The notes beneath the pieces were generated by a model. That model was not told the origin of the DNA. It made no database searches and saw only the letters and a list, made by a program, of their open reading frames with translations. From a virus (lineage: Duplodnaviria > Caudoviricetes), in IMG/VR virus record IMGVR_UViG_3300012352_000596, positions 1 to 33,090 of that record: a stretch of 33,090 bases of DNA; one strand, given 5' to 3'. This document shows positions 1-10,734 of the stretch, one piece after another (position 1 is the stretch's first letter; every line of letters starts with the position of its first letter). Position numbers and translations under genes: made by a program.

Positions 1-76
1 CCTTTATTCATTATAATCATATGATATGTCTATATATACTAAATATAAAAAAAATGGAGTTGGAAGGGTATGGCAT

Positions 77-106
77 AAAAAAAAAGGGACCTAAGTCCCT
101 CTTTTT
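77..106 (-). terminator. Intrinsic terminator after the tail tube gene
   Basis: Minus strand AGGGAC-TTAG-GTCCCT followed by a T run. Confidence 0.8.
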
Positions 107-150
107 CAATTAGAGATATATAAAAAGTCGGTATAAAACCTACATTTCAA

Positions 151-690
151 TTATCCAACGATTGTAGCACCTGCAAATACAGATGACAATGCTCCTTCAA
201 TTACTCTAGCAGGAACTGGTTCGCTTCCGCTAAATGTAAGTTCAAATCCATTTCTGTCACCTAATGCAGTACCTGTACCAGCAACGCCAGCACTTAAGTA
301 CATACCATTAACTTGACCCAACATATATTGAGTATCGTTTTGGTCAACAGCAATGATTTGTAAATTATCGTTTTGACCTAAGATTAACAATTGGTTTCTC
401 TTATCTTGGTCGTATTTGTAGAACACCGCAACAAGCAATTGCTCCCAATACACAGTTCCATTTTCATAAGATTTTGTTGTGTTCTGTGTTAAAGAAGAAG
501 TGTTTCTCTTTAATTCGAAGCCAAAGATAGAAGTACCCGCAGCAGATGTAGCACCTGTAATTGCTCCGTCAGCGTCATATGTATAACCTGTAACTTCACC
601 AGTAGCACCACCTACAACATAAATCTTTTTCAATGAACCTAATGAATCTGAACAACCCAATGCGATTCCTGAAGATATATAACAACTCAT
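151..690 (-). CDS. Putative major tail (tube) protein
   Basis: 179 aa directly after the capsid gene. MSC-x9-C..G.LKKIY N-terminus and GTGTALGDRNGFELTF C-terminus resemble tail-tube-like proteins of Bacteroidota siphoviruses. Confidence 0.6.
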   Translation of the reverse strand: MSCYISSGIALGCSDSLGSLKKIYVVGGATGEVTGYTYDADGAITGATSAAGTSIFGFELKRNTSSLTQNTTKSYENGTVYWEQLLVAVFYKYDQDKRNQLLILGQNDNLQIIAVDQNDTQYMLGQVNGMYLSAGVAGTGTALGDRNGFELTFSGSEPVPARVIEGALSSVFAGATIVG

Positions 691-723
691 AGTTTGTATT
701 ATTTAATTTTTTCTTGTTTATTT

Positions 724-750
724 AAAATAAGAGGGACTTTCACCCTCTCT
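724..750 (-). terminator. Intrinsic terminator after the major capsid gene
   Basis: Minus strand AGAGGG-TGAAAGT-CCCTCT-TATTTT. Confidence 0.7.
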
Positions 751-761
751 GTTTTTTAAAA

Positions 762-1730
762 TTATGCTAATCCGTTTGTAGCGAAGTAGTTAGTTCCAGC
801 AAATGCTGCGATGTTTGCAGAATAAGAGTAGTTAGCTCTGATTTTCAATACATCAAAGTCACGAGACCAGAATGCATCCATCTTCTCATGGTCAGACATT
901 AAGTCAAAACCACAGAACATATATTGTGCTGGTCCGATAGTTACTTTGTTAGAACCTGCCAAACCTAATGTTGGTAATACTTTAACGTTAGTAGATGGGT
1001 GGATTGCACTCATGTTACCAGTTACGTTAGTTGTACCAATGTAGTTTTGGAAGAAGTTAGCCTTCACCAACGCTTGGTTGTAAAGACGGAAGTTAGAATA
1101 AGACATAAACACTACTAAATCGTCAAATGCTAAAGCATCATCAGATAATGCAGAGATTAATTTGTCTACCTCAGTGATTGGGTTACCGTTTGAACCGTAA
1201 GCCGCAGTTGCTGAGAAAGTTGTACCTGATGCAGATACTGCTACAGATGTTGCACCTGAAGTAATTAATGTTGCGAAACCATCGAATGAATCACCACCCG
1301 CTACTGTTGCAGTCCATAACTTAGATTCAATTCTTTGTTGGATTTGCTTAACTTTCAAATCAATGATTTGATTTAAGAAAGGTACAGTTTCAGGATCTTG
1401 ACCTGCTGGTAACAATAATGATTGGTATGTATCCCATAATTGTTGGAAACATAATTCTTCGTTAATTTTTTCGTGTTGAGATGCTAAAGATACTTGACTG
1501 AAAGTTGTTGTACCTGATTGGTTCCATCCACAAGCACCTGTTTGGAATGCTGGTGCACTGTTCAATAATTGAATTTGTTGTGTACCACGAACACCTAATT
1601 TAATAGTTGTGTTTGCTGGTGTAGTAGCTCCAATTAATGCTTTTGCTACAATTTCTTGAGAACTTTGGTCAGTAAATCCAGTGATTGAACTTACTACGTA
1701 GTTAAACTCGTCTTTTGAATAAATTTTCAT
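762..1730 (-). CDS. Major capsid protein (HK97 fold expected)
   Basis: 322 aa, follows protease and scaffold, has its own terminator; CGW..SGTTTF and NEELC motifs are typical of Bacteroidota phage capsid proteins. Confidence 0.8.
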   Translation of the reverse strand: MKIYSKDEFNYVVSSITGFTDQSSQEIVAKALIGATTPANTTIKLGVRGTQQIQLLNSAPAFQTGACGWNQSGTTTFSQVSLASQHEKINEELCFQQLWDTYQSLLLPAGQDPETVPFLNQIIDLKVKQIQQRIESKLWTATVAGGDSFDGFATLITSGATSVAVSASGTTFSATAAYGSNGNPITEVDKLISALSDDALAFDDLVVFMSYSNFRLYNQALVKANFFQNYIGTTNVTGNMSAIHPSTNVKVLPTLGLAGSNKVTIGPAQYMFCGFDLMSDHEKMDAFWSRDFDVLKIRANYSYSANIAAFAGTNYFATNGLA

Positions 1731-1754
1731 AATTCGTTTTTTATTTTTTTTTAA

Positions 1755-2510
1755 TTATTTTTTATTAGATTCTCTAAATGCCATAATTGCTGCAACTTTA
1801 TCGTCAGCAGAATCATAACCAGATACTTCCTTATTAAACTCAGTTTTACCATCAGCAATTTTTTTACCTGCTGGTTCTGATTTGAATGCGCTAAACTCAG
1901 CGTTCATTGCGTTCATTTTTACTTCCATGTCGGACATTTTCTCAGAGATTTTCTTTACAAACTCTTTTAACATATCCATTAATTCTACTTCAACTGCAGG
2001 ACCGTCACCACCATCTGCACCTTCAGGCATTGAATCTTCAACAGCATCTTCTTCAGCGTCTACCGCTTCTTTTACTGCTGCAATGATACCGTCTTTGGTT
2101 TCAATTTCAGTTCCGTCTTCCAATTTGTGTACACCATCTGGAGCAGGTATTTCAGCGTCAGGAGTTACAACAACAACTTTAGCACCTTCCGCTAAAGCGT
2201 CACCTTCTACCTTTACTTCTGTACCGTCCACTAATTTCGCCATAACGAATATTTCTTTAACCGTACTAATTTCACCGTTGGAAACTTCTATTTCAAAATT
2301 CTCAACTAATCTGTAAGAACCATCTTCTAACGCTACTTGCTCAAATTCTTCGTTGATTTTTACAATTTTCTCACCAACCTCTAACTTAGATGCTTGTAAT
2401 ATTGTATTATCTTCCAACTTGAAAGACGCCATAACTGGTTCGTCAGATATGAAACCAAATTGTACCATTAACTTCTTTATCTCGTTAATTGCTGTTTTTG
2501 GATTTGACAT
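1755..2510 (-). CDS. Capsid scaffolding protein
   Basis: 251 aa, highly acidic; repeated (A)PDG.H/Y.LEDG beta units plus a C-terminal coiled coil; lies between protease and capsid. Confidence 0.7.
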   Translation of the reverse strand: MSNPKTAINEIKKLMVQFGFISDEPVMASFKLEDNTILQASKLEVGEKIVKINEEFEQVALEDGSYRLVENFEIEVSNGEISTVKEIFVMAKLVDGTEVKVEGDALAEGAKVVVVTPDAEIPAPDGVHKLEDGTEIETKDGIIAAVKEAVDAEEDAVEDSMPEGADGGDGPAVEVELMDMLKEFVKKISEKMSDMEVKMNAMNAEFSAFKSEPAGKKIADGKTEFNKEVSGYDSADDKVAAIMAFRESNKK

Positions 2511-2577
2511 AATCTAATTTTATTTATTTTATTTTTATTGTTCTATTACTAAATATGGGTTTATATATATATTCCCA

Positions 2578-4581
2578 CTATTCCTTAATATTTTTTAATA
2601 TTTCAGCAACTTTCTTCAAAAACATCTCCTCACGACAGAATTGTGCAACTTCTTCAAACCATCCTGATACACTAAATCCATTCAATTCACCCTGTTTTAC
2701 TTTATTCCACACATCGTCATTTTTGACTTTCATTGATACGAACCAAGTTCCTATTGGTAAATCCTCATAACCGTACTTATTAGACTTATCCTGACTATCT
2801 TCTTTAATCCAAGACTCAATCACATATACGTCTTTTACAGCGGTACCATCATGATTTTCGTCATTATTATCAAGATATTTGTTTCTCATATACTTCTCAG
2901 CAATCATCTTGATGGTTTCAGCACTGAAAAATACGTGATAAGGGTTTCCTTGTTTGTCTCTACGATAGATGTGTAAGTCAGGAACCATTGCAGGTCCAAT
3001 CACCACTCTTTTTTCTTCTGAGTCAATTGCAAACTTTTGAAGGGACATATCATTCTTTTCAAATGAATTAACTTTAGATTCAGCCCAACTTAGTGCCGAT
3101 AATCCACCCCAAGAATCATACATAAGTTTCCCACAATTTTCACTATAAGATTTTGAACTTTCCAAATCTACCTTGTGTCTTGATAGGTAACTGTACATAC
3201 GTTGGATTGTCTCCTCAGAAATAGGTTCACCGTTTGCAAGTTGGTTTGCTCTAATTTTTCCAACCTCAGTTCCACAGTCTCCCCAACCATTCTCCTCAAC
3301 CCATTTAAGAACCGCCTTAGCATTATTCTTAACAGAATCAGGATAGTCAGAATAACTTTCCATTTGTTCCTTCTTCTTTTTCTTTTTAATACCTTGGTCA
3401 ACATATGGTGGTAAGTTATTTTCATAACCTAATTCACCTTCGTGATATAGATACTCACTATCTTCTGTATGAACCGCACCTGTCATTAATCTTCCATCTG
3501 CGTCTTTATGTGTAGGACCTTCATATAATTTACCATCTTTGGTATAATGTGGTACACCTACTTCAAACTTATCCGCTCTGATTAATGGTGCATTCTCTTT
3601 AATTGCTTTAATCTCATCAGGATTATTATCTATGTGTCTTTGGATTCCTAATTCTTTTAACTTCTGCCACTTCAATCTTCCTTCAGTAAAGAACACTCTA
3701 TCTCTTGGAATCCCAACCATTTGAGCATCTCTGTACACATCATTACTTTCTGTTCTACGTCTTCTTGTAACGATATATAAGTCATTACCTTCGTTGATTA
3801 GTCGTCTTGCTAAGTCCTTACCTCTTTGAGTAGATAATGTATCATCATAATCAATTGATATTTTAGCAAACTCATCCTTTGACATACCTAAATTGGTCTG
3901 TGTAGATGGTGCTGCTGTACCTTTTGATACTGCTCTTTTAACTACATCTGTAACCGTATCAGGTTGTCCTGATAATGGGTCAGGTAGAATATCATTAGGG
4001 AATCCACCAACCTCTGTTTTACCTCTATTAACTGACGCCTTATTGATGATAGTTGCGTCATTACGATACTTAATTCTACTCCAAATATGACGACAGTTCC
4101 AAGATCCTCTATAAGTTCTTGGTGACTGACCAAAATCATTTACCGCAGCATCAATATCTTCTATACGAAATACTTTATTCTCTCTGATTAATTCTTTACA
4201 GAATGGTCTTGAGGTTTCAATAATTGCTGGTTCACCACTAATCTTTGGATTAAGGATATATTTGTATCTAACCTTATATTCCTTTTCATCACCTGATGAT
4301 GGTGCATTTGGGTCTGTATTAACAAATTCTTCTTTACCATCCAAATAATCAACTGAGTCTACAACCCAACCTTCAGCAAGTAAATCTTCTTCTGATTCAC
4401 CAACTGACATTAGATGTTGAGTATATACTGCATCTTCATCAAAATTGTGTTCTTTAGTTTTGTTAAAAAACATCCAATTAACTTCAATTGCTGGTTCGTC
4501 AACAAGGGAAATACTGTCAATACCAGATATTTCATCATCTTCTTCTATTTTCAGTTCGTAAACTTTGTCTTTTTTAATCAT
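2578..4581 (-). CDS. Multi-domain prohead protease (XkdF/S78-like C-terminal domain) with inserted CRH-motif, HAD-like and other modules
   Basis: C-terminal EKRVVIGPAMVPD...NDENH...VIESW...GTWFVSMKV...VW..VK.GEL.GFSV.G; internal DYDDTL HAD motif; YRGSWNCRHIW motif. Confidence 0.8.
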   Translation of the reverse strand: MIKKDKVYELKIEEDDEISGIDSISLVDEPAIEVNWMFFNKTKEHNFDEDAVYTQHLMSVGESEEDLLAEGWVVDSVDYLDGKEEFVNTDPNAPSSGDEKEYKVRYKYILNPKISGEPAIIETSRPFCKELIRENKVFRIEDIDAAVNDFGQSPRTYRGSWNCRHIWSRIKYRNDATIINKASVNRGKTEVGGFPNDILPDPLSGQPDTVTDVVKRAVSKGTAAPSTQTNLGMSKDEFAKISIDYDDTLSTQRGKDLARRLINEGNDLYIVTRRRRTESNDVYRDAQMVGIPRDRVFFTEGRLKWQKLKELGIQRHIDNNPDEIKAIKENAPLIRADKFEVGVPHYTKDGKLYEGPTHKDADGRLMTGAVHTEDSEYLYHEGELGYENNLPPYVDQGIKKKKKKEQMESYSDYPDSVKNNAKAVLKWVEENGWGDCGTEVGKIRANQLANGEPISEETIQRMYSYLSRHKVDLESSKSYSENCGKLMYDSWGGLSALSWAESKVNSFEKNDMSLQKFAIDSEEKRVVIGPAMVPDLHIYRRDKQGNPYHVFFSAETIKMIAEKYMRNKYLDNNDENHDGTAVKDVYVIESWIKEDSQDKSNKYGYEDLPIGTWFVSMKVKNDDVWNKVKQGELNGFSVSGWFEEVAQFCREEMFLKKVAEILKNIKE

Positions 4582-4585
4582 ATCT

Positions 4586-4597
4586 TTAAATATAAAT
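4586..4597 (-). promoter_or_regulatory. Conserved 12-mer ATTTATATTTAA, candidate late promoter
   Basis: Exact copies at 4586-4597, 8589-8600, 10722-10733 and 20285-20296, each 4-6 nt before an ATG. Confidence 0.65.
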
Positions 4598-4601
4598 TAT
4601 T

Positions 4602-7454
4602 TTATAATGTACTTAAATCCTTAAGTCTTGATTGTTTTTCTTGAGTACTTGTTAAATCTTTTTCAACAACATAACTCTTAACGATTATTGGTGCTTGGTC
4701 CTGTGCAGGATTTGATAGGATAGGATTGTCAGGTCTTACAACATTCATATTTGAGAATGAAGTACCACCACCCATTTGGTTCATTGCTGATAATAATGGT
4801 GCAAACATGGTTACTGCTCCTCTTGTCATTACCGCCTCACCATCTTCTGCCTCAATTAAGGTTCCACCTTGAGCGTGTCTCTTACCTCTAATCATACCAC
4901 CTTGTGCATAACCTCTACCCAATCCATTTCCTTGTTGACCACCGCCACCTTCTGTTCCACCACTATCACTATCATCAATTGATTTTAACTTACCGATACC
5001 TTGTGCGATGATGGTTGCAATTCCTAATGCTCCTGCAATTTTTGCTTTAACAGCGTAGGCTGCTGCGATAGGTACACCCGCTGGTCCAAGTGGTGCAACC
5101 GATGCTGAGAATGCAATGATTGCTCTTGATGTATCTGTTACGATACGTGCAATTGCAACACCTGCCTCAACAAGTGCTGCCGCCTTTTGTAATTTCTTAT
5201 TTTTACCAGCAATTGCGGATAATGCTCCAACAAGTTTTTCACCAACTTGAATGGTCATATCTGCGTTTGCTCTCTTACTGTCTATTTCTAATTTATCTAA
5301 GTCTAATTGTCTTTGAGTGTTTCTCTCTCTGTTTGCAATTATTCTATCGTTTATTTGAGTTATTTGTGCTTCATAAGACTCACGAGTTAATTTCTTCTCA
5401 TCAAAATCTTTTTGAAGTTGTTCCTTTTCAAGTATTAATCTCTCATCAGTTTTAACAAACTCATCCGCATAAACTTGTCTTAGGTCAACAAAGTACTTAG
5501 CCCATTGTGCTTTAAGACCTTTATTACCAAAGATATAATCACCGTAAAGTGTATTAAAATCGTTCGCTTGGTCAAGTCTTACTTGTCCATTTGCAAGTTC
5601 AAATTCTTTTACTCTTGTTTGAAGTTCCATTTCCTTCAAGAATGCTTCTTCATCCTTTTGGAATTTCTTCACATAATAACCATCTCTAATCTTAAGAAGG
5701 TCCATTGCTGCAGCTTCCTCCATTTGTTTAAGGATTGCAGTCTGTTCTTCTTTTGACCTTTTTTGAAACTCCAAATCATAGGTTAATGCAACCTTATCAT
5801 CGTATAGTTTCTTACTTCTTGCTTCTAATTGTCTTTGTTCTTCATCCTGAATTGCAGCAATTCTAATATCATCAACTTTTGATTGATACGCTTGGATACG
5901 TTTTGAATCCTCATCTAATGCGTCTTGAACCTTTTTAGCGTTTTGATTACGCATTAATTCTTGTTCAGCAAAAGTTAATTTATCATGGTCTGTAACCAAC
6001 TTTCTTCTCTTATCCAATAAATTTTGTAATACCTTTTGTCTTGTATTATCCTTGTCAATTTCTAATTGGATTAATGCATCTAATTCCTTTAACTTTCTAT
6101 TGTATGTATCTTCAACATCCTTATCCGCCTTACCTTTATTTTTTAATCTTAATGCTGCCAAATTATCATAATAACCAATTTCATTTTCAATGATTTGTTT
6201 GGTTATATCCTGACCATTCTTTAAGATTTTAGAATTAACTTCCTCAAGAAGTTTCATCTTATCTTCTTCGTTTAATTTGGTATTTTTTGTGATATTCTTT
6301 TGGTCTTCGTATAATTGTTTGTCATATTCACGAAGTAAATCCAATTTATCTTGACCACCTTTTTTGGTAATTTCAAATATTTCCTGTTCTGTCTTACCTG
6401 CCGCTTTTGCTCTGGCAACATTTAATCTTATTGATAGTTCAATTGCTTGTTGGTCATTTTCAAGAACCCTTTGTTGTTCTTTAAGAGTTTCAGTCAACGA
6501 TTGATTTGCTCTATCTGCATCTTCTGTACCATCAACCCATTTATAGATTAATGCAACCAATTCACCAATTGCAACAATTGCCAAACCAATACCTGTACCA
6601 ATTAAAACACCTTGAATTGTTTTACCTAAAGTACTGGTCCAAAATGTTGCTTGTTTTTCTGCAACAACTAAACCTTCTGTTGTTATTGTTAAAGCGGCAC
6701 CAGATTTTACTGCAGCAATTTCTTCAGCAGATAATTGACGCATTTTTTGTCCTGCAGTTTCAATGTAAGGTATCCCCTTTTTAATTTGGGTATTTACATT
6801 AGCATTTGACGCTTCTAATCTATCTAAACCACTTATTAAATCTAAAGTTTCTTTACCAAATCTATTAAAAACACTCGCATTTGCTGCCGCAGTTGCTGTT
6901 GTTTGTTGTAAATTATTATTTAAATTTTTACTTGAATTAGATAAAGTATCGGTAACATTGGTAGTTTCAGCAGCATTATTGTTTAACCCCAAGAATCCCT
7001 TACCAATATCTAATATATCGTTAGTAGTTTCCTTTAATTGGAACTGAATATCCTTTAAACTGAATGATGAAAATACCTTAAGTAAATCAATTGCTCCACT
7101 AACCTGACTTGCAAACTGTCCAACAGGACCAGGTAATAATGATAATGAACCAAATAAGTCTTTTGACTTAGCATTACTCTTGGCCAATTGGTCATTTGCA
7201 TCACCTAATGCAGTTGATAATAACTTAAATTCTGCGGTACCTTCTTTTGTCTTACGTAACTCAGCAGTTAAAACCCTAACTTGTTTTTGTAAGTTAAGGG
7301 ATTTGTTAATAACAACATCAAGAGGTTTACCATCTATGTCATATTGAATAGATAGATTATCACTCAATTTCTTTAACTCACCGACTTTCTGTGCCGCTTG
7401 GTCAAGTTCACTGGTATTAACACCTAAATCAATATCAATTCTTTTCTTAGCCAT
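4602..7454 (-). CDS. Tape measure protein
   Basis: 950 aa; long K/E/Q/L helical region, two Ala/Gly-rich hydrophobic segments, C-terminal YAQGG..G..HAQGG..IEAEDGE motif. Confidence 0.8.
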   Translation of the reverse strand: MAKKRIDIDLGVNTSELDQAAQKVGELKKLSDNLSIQYDIDGKPLDVVINKSLNLQKQVRVLTAELRKTKEGTAEFKLLSTALGDANDQLAKSNAKSKDLFGSLSLLPGPVGQFASQVSGAIDLLKVFSSFSLKDIQFQLKETTNDILDIGKGFLGLNNNAAETTNVTDTLSNSSKNLNNNLQQTTATAAANASVFNRFGKETLDLISGLDRLEASNANVNTQIKKGIPYIETAGQKMRQLSAEEIAAVKSGAALTITTEGLVVAEKQATFWTSTLGKTIQGVLIGTGIGLAIVAIGELVALIYKWVDGTEDADRANQSLTETLKEQQRVLENDQQAIELSIRLNVARAKAAGKTEQEIFEITKKGGQDKLDLLREYDKQLYEDQKNITKNTKLNEEDKMKLLEEVNSKILKNGQDITKQIIENEIGYYDNLAALRLKNKGKADKDVEDTYNRKLKELDALIQLEIDKDNTRQKVLQNLLDKRRKLVTDHDKLTFAEQELMRNQNAKKVQDALDEDSKRIQAYQSKVDDIRIAAIQDEEQRQLEARSKKLYDDKVALTYDLEFQKRSKEEQTAILKQMEEAAAMDLLKIRDGYYVKKFQKDEEAFLKEMELQTRVKEFELANGQVRLDQANDFNTLYGDYIFGNKGLKAQWAKYFVDLRQVYADEFVKTDERLILEKEQLQKDFDEKKLTRESYEAQITQINDRIIANRERNTQRQLDLDKLEIDSKRANADMTIQVGEKLVGALSAIAGKNKKLQKAAALVEAGVAIARIVTDTSRAIIAFSASVAPLGPAGVPIAAAYAVKAKIAGALGIATIIAQGIGKLKSIDDSDSGGTEGGGGQQGNGLGRGYAQGGMIRGKRHAQGGTLIEAEDGEAVMTRGAVTMFAPLLSAMNQMGGGTSFSNMNVVRPDNPILSNPAQDQAPIIVKSYVVEKDLTSTQEKQSRLKDLSTL

Positions 7455-7455
7455 A

Positions 7456-7659
7456 TTAAACTATGCTTTCTTTTTTAACGTCCTGAAACGCTTGTTCCAT
7501 TATTTTTTTCTCACCATGTAATGTATGAATTGAACTAAAATCAATTTTAATATCTTTACGATTTTCAATTTGACTAGTTAAAAATTCACCAAAATCTGTT
7601 ATAAGAATGTTTTCCATTACTATTTTAACACCGTATCTTTCTATCTCTATATTCTTCAT
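7456..7659 (-). CDS. Hypothetical protein
   Basis: 67 aa; fills the gap in a tightly packed operon. Confidence 0.7.
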   Translation of the reverse strand: MKNIEIERYGVKIVMENILITDFGEFLTSQIENRKDIKIDFSSIHTLHGEKKIMEQAFQDVKKESIV

Positions 7660-7669
7660 ATTCTATATT

Positions 7670-8584
7670 TTAAGGTATAATACCACTATCTATTGTTATT
7701 CCAACTGATTGAGTTGTTGGTGTATCCATAACATATGTATAAGTCGTATTAGTTGATATTGATGAAGGACAACCAGCTCCTTGTGCACCTGTCATAACAC
7801 AAGATATACTCGTTCCAAATACAACTGTATCGTTAAGACTTAAACCTGTTATTGTATAAATTTGTGTACAAGTGCCAGGTAATTGTGTTCCTGTTGCACC
7901 AGGTACGTTTATGTTACCACTTCCATTTACACTATAGAATAATACTATTGTTGATGGGGTAGTATCCACATCTCTTGCATATATTACTAAACTCTTACTA
8001 CCATTTGGTGTTGGAGTAGGGGTAATAGGTAATGGTGTAGGTGTTGGAGTAACAGGTGTAGGAGTCGGAGTTGGTGTTACAGGTGTAGGAGTTGGTGTAA
8101 CAACAGGGGTTGGACTTATTGACAATTGTGCACATATTGGATAAATTGCTCTATGACCAATAAATCTAAATTCAAAGTAATAAGTACCTGTTGTGAATAT
8201 ATTAACACCTAACATTTCAGGTGTAATAACTCCTGTATTTACCGTTCCTGATGCAGTTGTTATAGTTGTACCTGTTGATGATGCAACATTTATACATCTC
8301 CAAGGTTTGTAATAACTCTGTGATGGTGTCATAATGTGTAATGAAACCAAATTTATTACCCCAAAATTGGATATAAATGGTTCCGCACTATTCTTAGACC
8401 AAGTATAATCATATGAAAATGTTATACCTGTTGAAGTTGCAGTTACTGCACTAAAGTTAGTAACGGTCCCACTAACACTATTATCGTTTATATCGTGTAC
8501 AATTTCTAAATCATACTCAGGTACCTCATTGTTTGGGTAAACAAAGTTCTGATTTATTATCTGTCTTATATATTTTCTTCCCAT
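7670..8584 (-). CDS. Putative virion/tail accessory protein with Pro-Thr linker
   Basis: 304 aa; two beta-rich S/T/G-rich domains joined by (TP)n at ~8005-8115. Confidence 0.65.
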   Translation of the reverse strand: MGRKYIRQIINQNFVYPNNEVPEYDLEIVHDINDNSVSGTVTNFSAVTATSTGITFSYDYTWSKNSAEPFISNFGVINLVSLHIMTPSQSYYKPWRCINVASSTGTTITTASGTVNTGVITPEMLGVNIFTTGTYYFEFRFIGHRAIYPICAQLSISPTPVVTPTPTPVTPTPTPTPVTPTPTPLPITPTPTPNGSKSLVIYARDVDTTPSTIVLFYSVNGSGNINVPGATGTQLPGTCTQIYTITGLSLNDTVVFGTSISCVMTGAQGAGCPSSISTNTTYTYVMDTPTTQSVGITIDSGIIP

Positions 8585-8588
8585 ATTA

Positions 8589-8600
8589 TTAAATATAAAT
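8589..8600 (-). promoter_or_regulatory. Conserved 12-mer ATTTATATTTAA
   Basis: Exact motif copy 4 nt upstream of the ATG at 8584. Confidence 0.6.
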
Positions 8601-10717
8601 TATGTTAAAAGATCATCCCAAACCACCAATAAAGTATCACCAGGATTAACAGTAACATTAGGAGATGCTGATAATGATTGATTTAATGGTGCAGAACAAA
8701 ATGGTATTGAGACATTAGTTGTATTTGAATTTGTACTTACTTGTACTCCATTAACATAAACAGTTACTGTTCTTGTATCAACTTGTTGACTAGGAAAACC
8801 AGCAACTCTACATATAGCTCTTGTTGCGGTTATAGTATCAGTTCCAGATAAACTATAATATCCTAAATCATCAGTAATACTAACACTATTTGTATATGCG
8901 ACAAGACTATGAGTAAATGTATTACCTAAATAAGTAAATGTAATATTATTAACTCTTTTTTGTATCCCTGTTGTTACCGCATTACCACTATATCTAAACA
9001 ATACATTTACTTGTGCTGTCGTAGGTGTAGGAGTAGGGGTTGGAGTTGCAGTAGGGGTAGGAGTCGGTGTTACAGGTCCTACAGTTGGTGTTGGAGTCGG
9101 AGTAGGTGTAGCCGTTGGTGTCGGCGTTACTGGCGTCGGAGTTGGAGTCTGTGTTGGAGTTGCGGTAGGTGTAGGTGTGGCCGTAGGTGTTGCGGTCGGA
9201 GTAGGAGTTGGTGTGGTTGTCGGTGGTGGTGTCAGCACTGGTAATGAATAACCATTTGTTTTATTTTGTTTAACAAATTCAAAACCATTTGGCCAAGATC
9301 CTATAATATAATCAACTATAATATCACTAAATGTTGCACCATAGTCTGATGATTTTTTCAATTGATATTGTTCTGATTGATTTTGTATTGTTACAAAAAC
9401 ATATTGTCCTGTTGCTGATGCTGAAATATCTACAACTCTATTATTACCAATTGTACTACCTGTTGACCAAGTAGCACCATAATCTGTTGAACGTTTAAAC
9501 CATCCTGTTGGTGTTGGACTATTTGTTGTATTAGCACCAACAAACATATATTGTCCTGTTTGTGACATTGCAACTTTACCATTATTTAATAAATCTAAAT
9601 AAACAAAACTAAATGTAGAACCTGAATTTGATGATAATAAAACACTACCATCTTTAGGGTCAATTGTTGATAATGTATTGTAACTTGCTAATACGTATTG
9701 ATTGTTTTGAGATACAGCAACACTACTATAAGATGTTTGTCCTGTTAAACCAGTGTCTGCATCAATATATGTAGGTGCTTTAGAATTAGTACCTAAGTTA
9801 GTTAAACTTGATAATGAATTAATTTTATATATATAATCATTTTTAGTCTTAGTTATACCATACATTGGGTATGACACATTTGGAATAACTACTTGTTCCC
9901 AATCTTTAGTTGAACCAGATACAGGATTAAAATTCAAACCATAGTTTGACGAAACATATAAACTACCTGTACTGATTTTACCAATTGCTTGATATTCACC
10001 AGTGTAATTCATATCCATTTTAGACCAACTATAATCTGTTGTTCCACCCGAGAATGAACCTGTTGTAAAGTTTAAACCTGAGTTTAATGAGACATAATAT
10101 TTATCTGAAACAAATGAAACAACATTACCTAATGCTGAAACTCCACCTGTTGTTGCATATTGTGTTGGTTGATATATTGATGAATAAGTATTACTATCAC
10201 CACTTCCTGATGAGTACATAATTCTTTCATCATAACTAAATGAAGGTGGAATTAATTTTGGTATGTCAACTAATACAAACTTACCTTCAGGTAAAGGTGT
10301 AGGAGTTGGACTTGGAGTTGGTGTTGGGGTAGGAGTTACAGGTACTAAAGATATTGCAGTAACAATATAATGAAAATTGTAAGCATCATTTATAGTTGTT
10401 GCGGTAAATGTTACCGATATATCACTTGTACTACCTGAAACATTTGTAATAAATATTTCTCTTATTCCAAAATCACCACCTTGATCATCAGTTGTATAAT
10501 CTCGTCTAATTACATCAATTGTCTTTATTGTATCTGTTGGAATTGTACCTTGTAATGTAATGGTAACAGTATCACCTATATATATATATGTTGAATATAA
10601 ATTATTTATATCTGTATTTTGTATCTTTCTTGTAACACCATTTACAGAAACCGATATATAATCAATACCAATATCATTAATTAACTCATCAAAATTTACT
10701 AATAAACTTCCTCTCAT
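8600..10717 (-). CDS. Putative adhesin/receptor-binding protein with BNR/Asp-box propeller flanked by Pro-Thr linkers (705 aa)
   Basis: S-x-[DN]-x-G-x-x-[FW] Asp boxes ([32 protein letters not shown]). Start reassigned to ATG 10717, which follows the conserved 12-mer and removes the overlap with the upstream gene. Confidence 0.7.
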   Translation of the reverse strand: MRGSLLVNFDELINDIGIDYISVSVNGVTRKIQNTDINNLYSTYIYIGDTVTITLQGTIPTDTIKTIDVIRRDYTTDDQGGDFGIREIFITNVSGSTSDISVTFTATTINDAYNFHYIVTAISLVPVTPTPTPTPSPTPTPLPEGKFVLVDIPKLIPPSFSYDERIMYSSGSGDSNTYSSIYQPTQYATTGGVSALGNVVSFVSDKYYVSLNSGLNFTTGSFSGGTTDYSWSKMDMNYTGEYQAIGKISTGSLYVSSNYGLNFNPVSGSTKDWEQVVIPNVSYPMYGITKTKNDYIYKINSLSSLTNLGTNSKAPTYIDADTGLTGQTSYSSVAVSQNNQYVLASYNTLSTIDPKDGSVLLSSNSGSTFSFVYLDLLNNGKVAMSQTGQYMFVGANTTNSPTPTGWFKRSTDYGATWSTGSTIGNNRVVDISASATGQYVFVTIQNQSEQYQLKKSSDYGATFSDIIVDYIIGSWPNGFEFVKQNKTNGYSLPVLTPPPTTTPTPTPTATPTATPTPTATPTQTPTPTPVTPTPTATPTPTPTPTVGPVTPTPTPTATPTPTPTPTTAQVNVLFRYSGNAVTTGIQKRVNNITFTYLGNTFTHSLVAYTNSVSITDDLGYYSLSGTDTITATRAICRVAGFPSQQVDTRTVTVYVNGVQVSTNSNTTNVSIPFCSAPLNQSLSASPNVTVNPGDTLLVVWDDLLT
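9018..9236 (-). repeat. Coding low-complexity (Thr-Pro)n repeat
   Basis: About 70 residues of [10 protein letters not shown]... encoded with varied codons. Confidence 0.9.
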
Positions 10718-10721
10718 ATCT

Positions 10722-10733
10722 TTAAATATAAAT
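10722..10733 (-). promoter_or_regulatory. Conserved 12-mer ATTTATATTTAA
   Basis: ATTTATATTTAAAGATATG, identical to the context upstream of the protease gene. Confidence 0.6.
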
Positions 10734-10734
10734 T

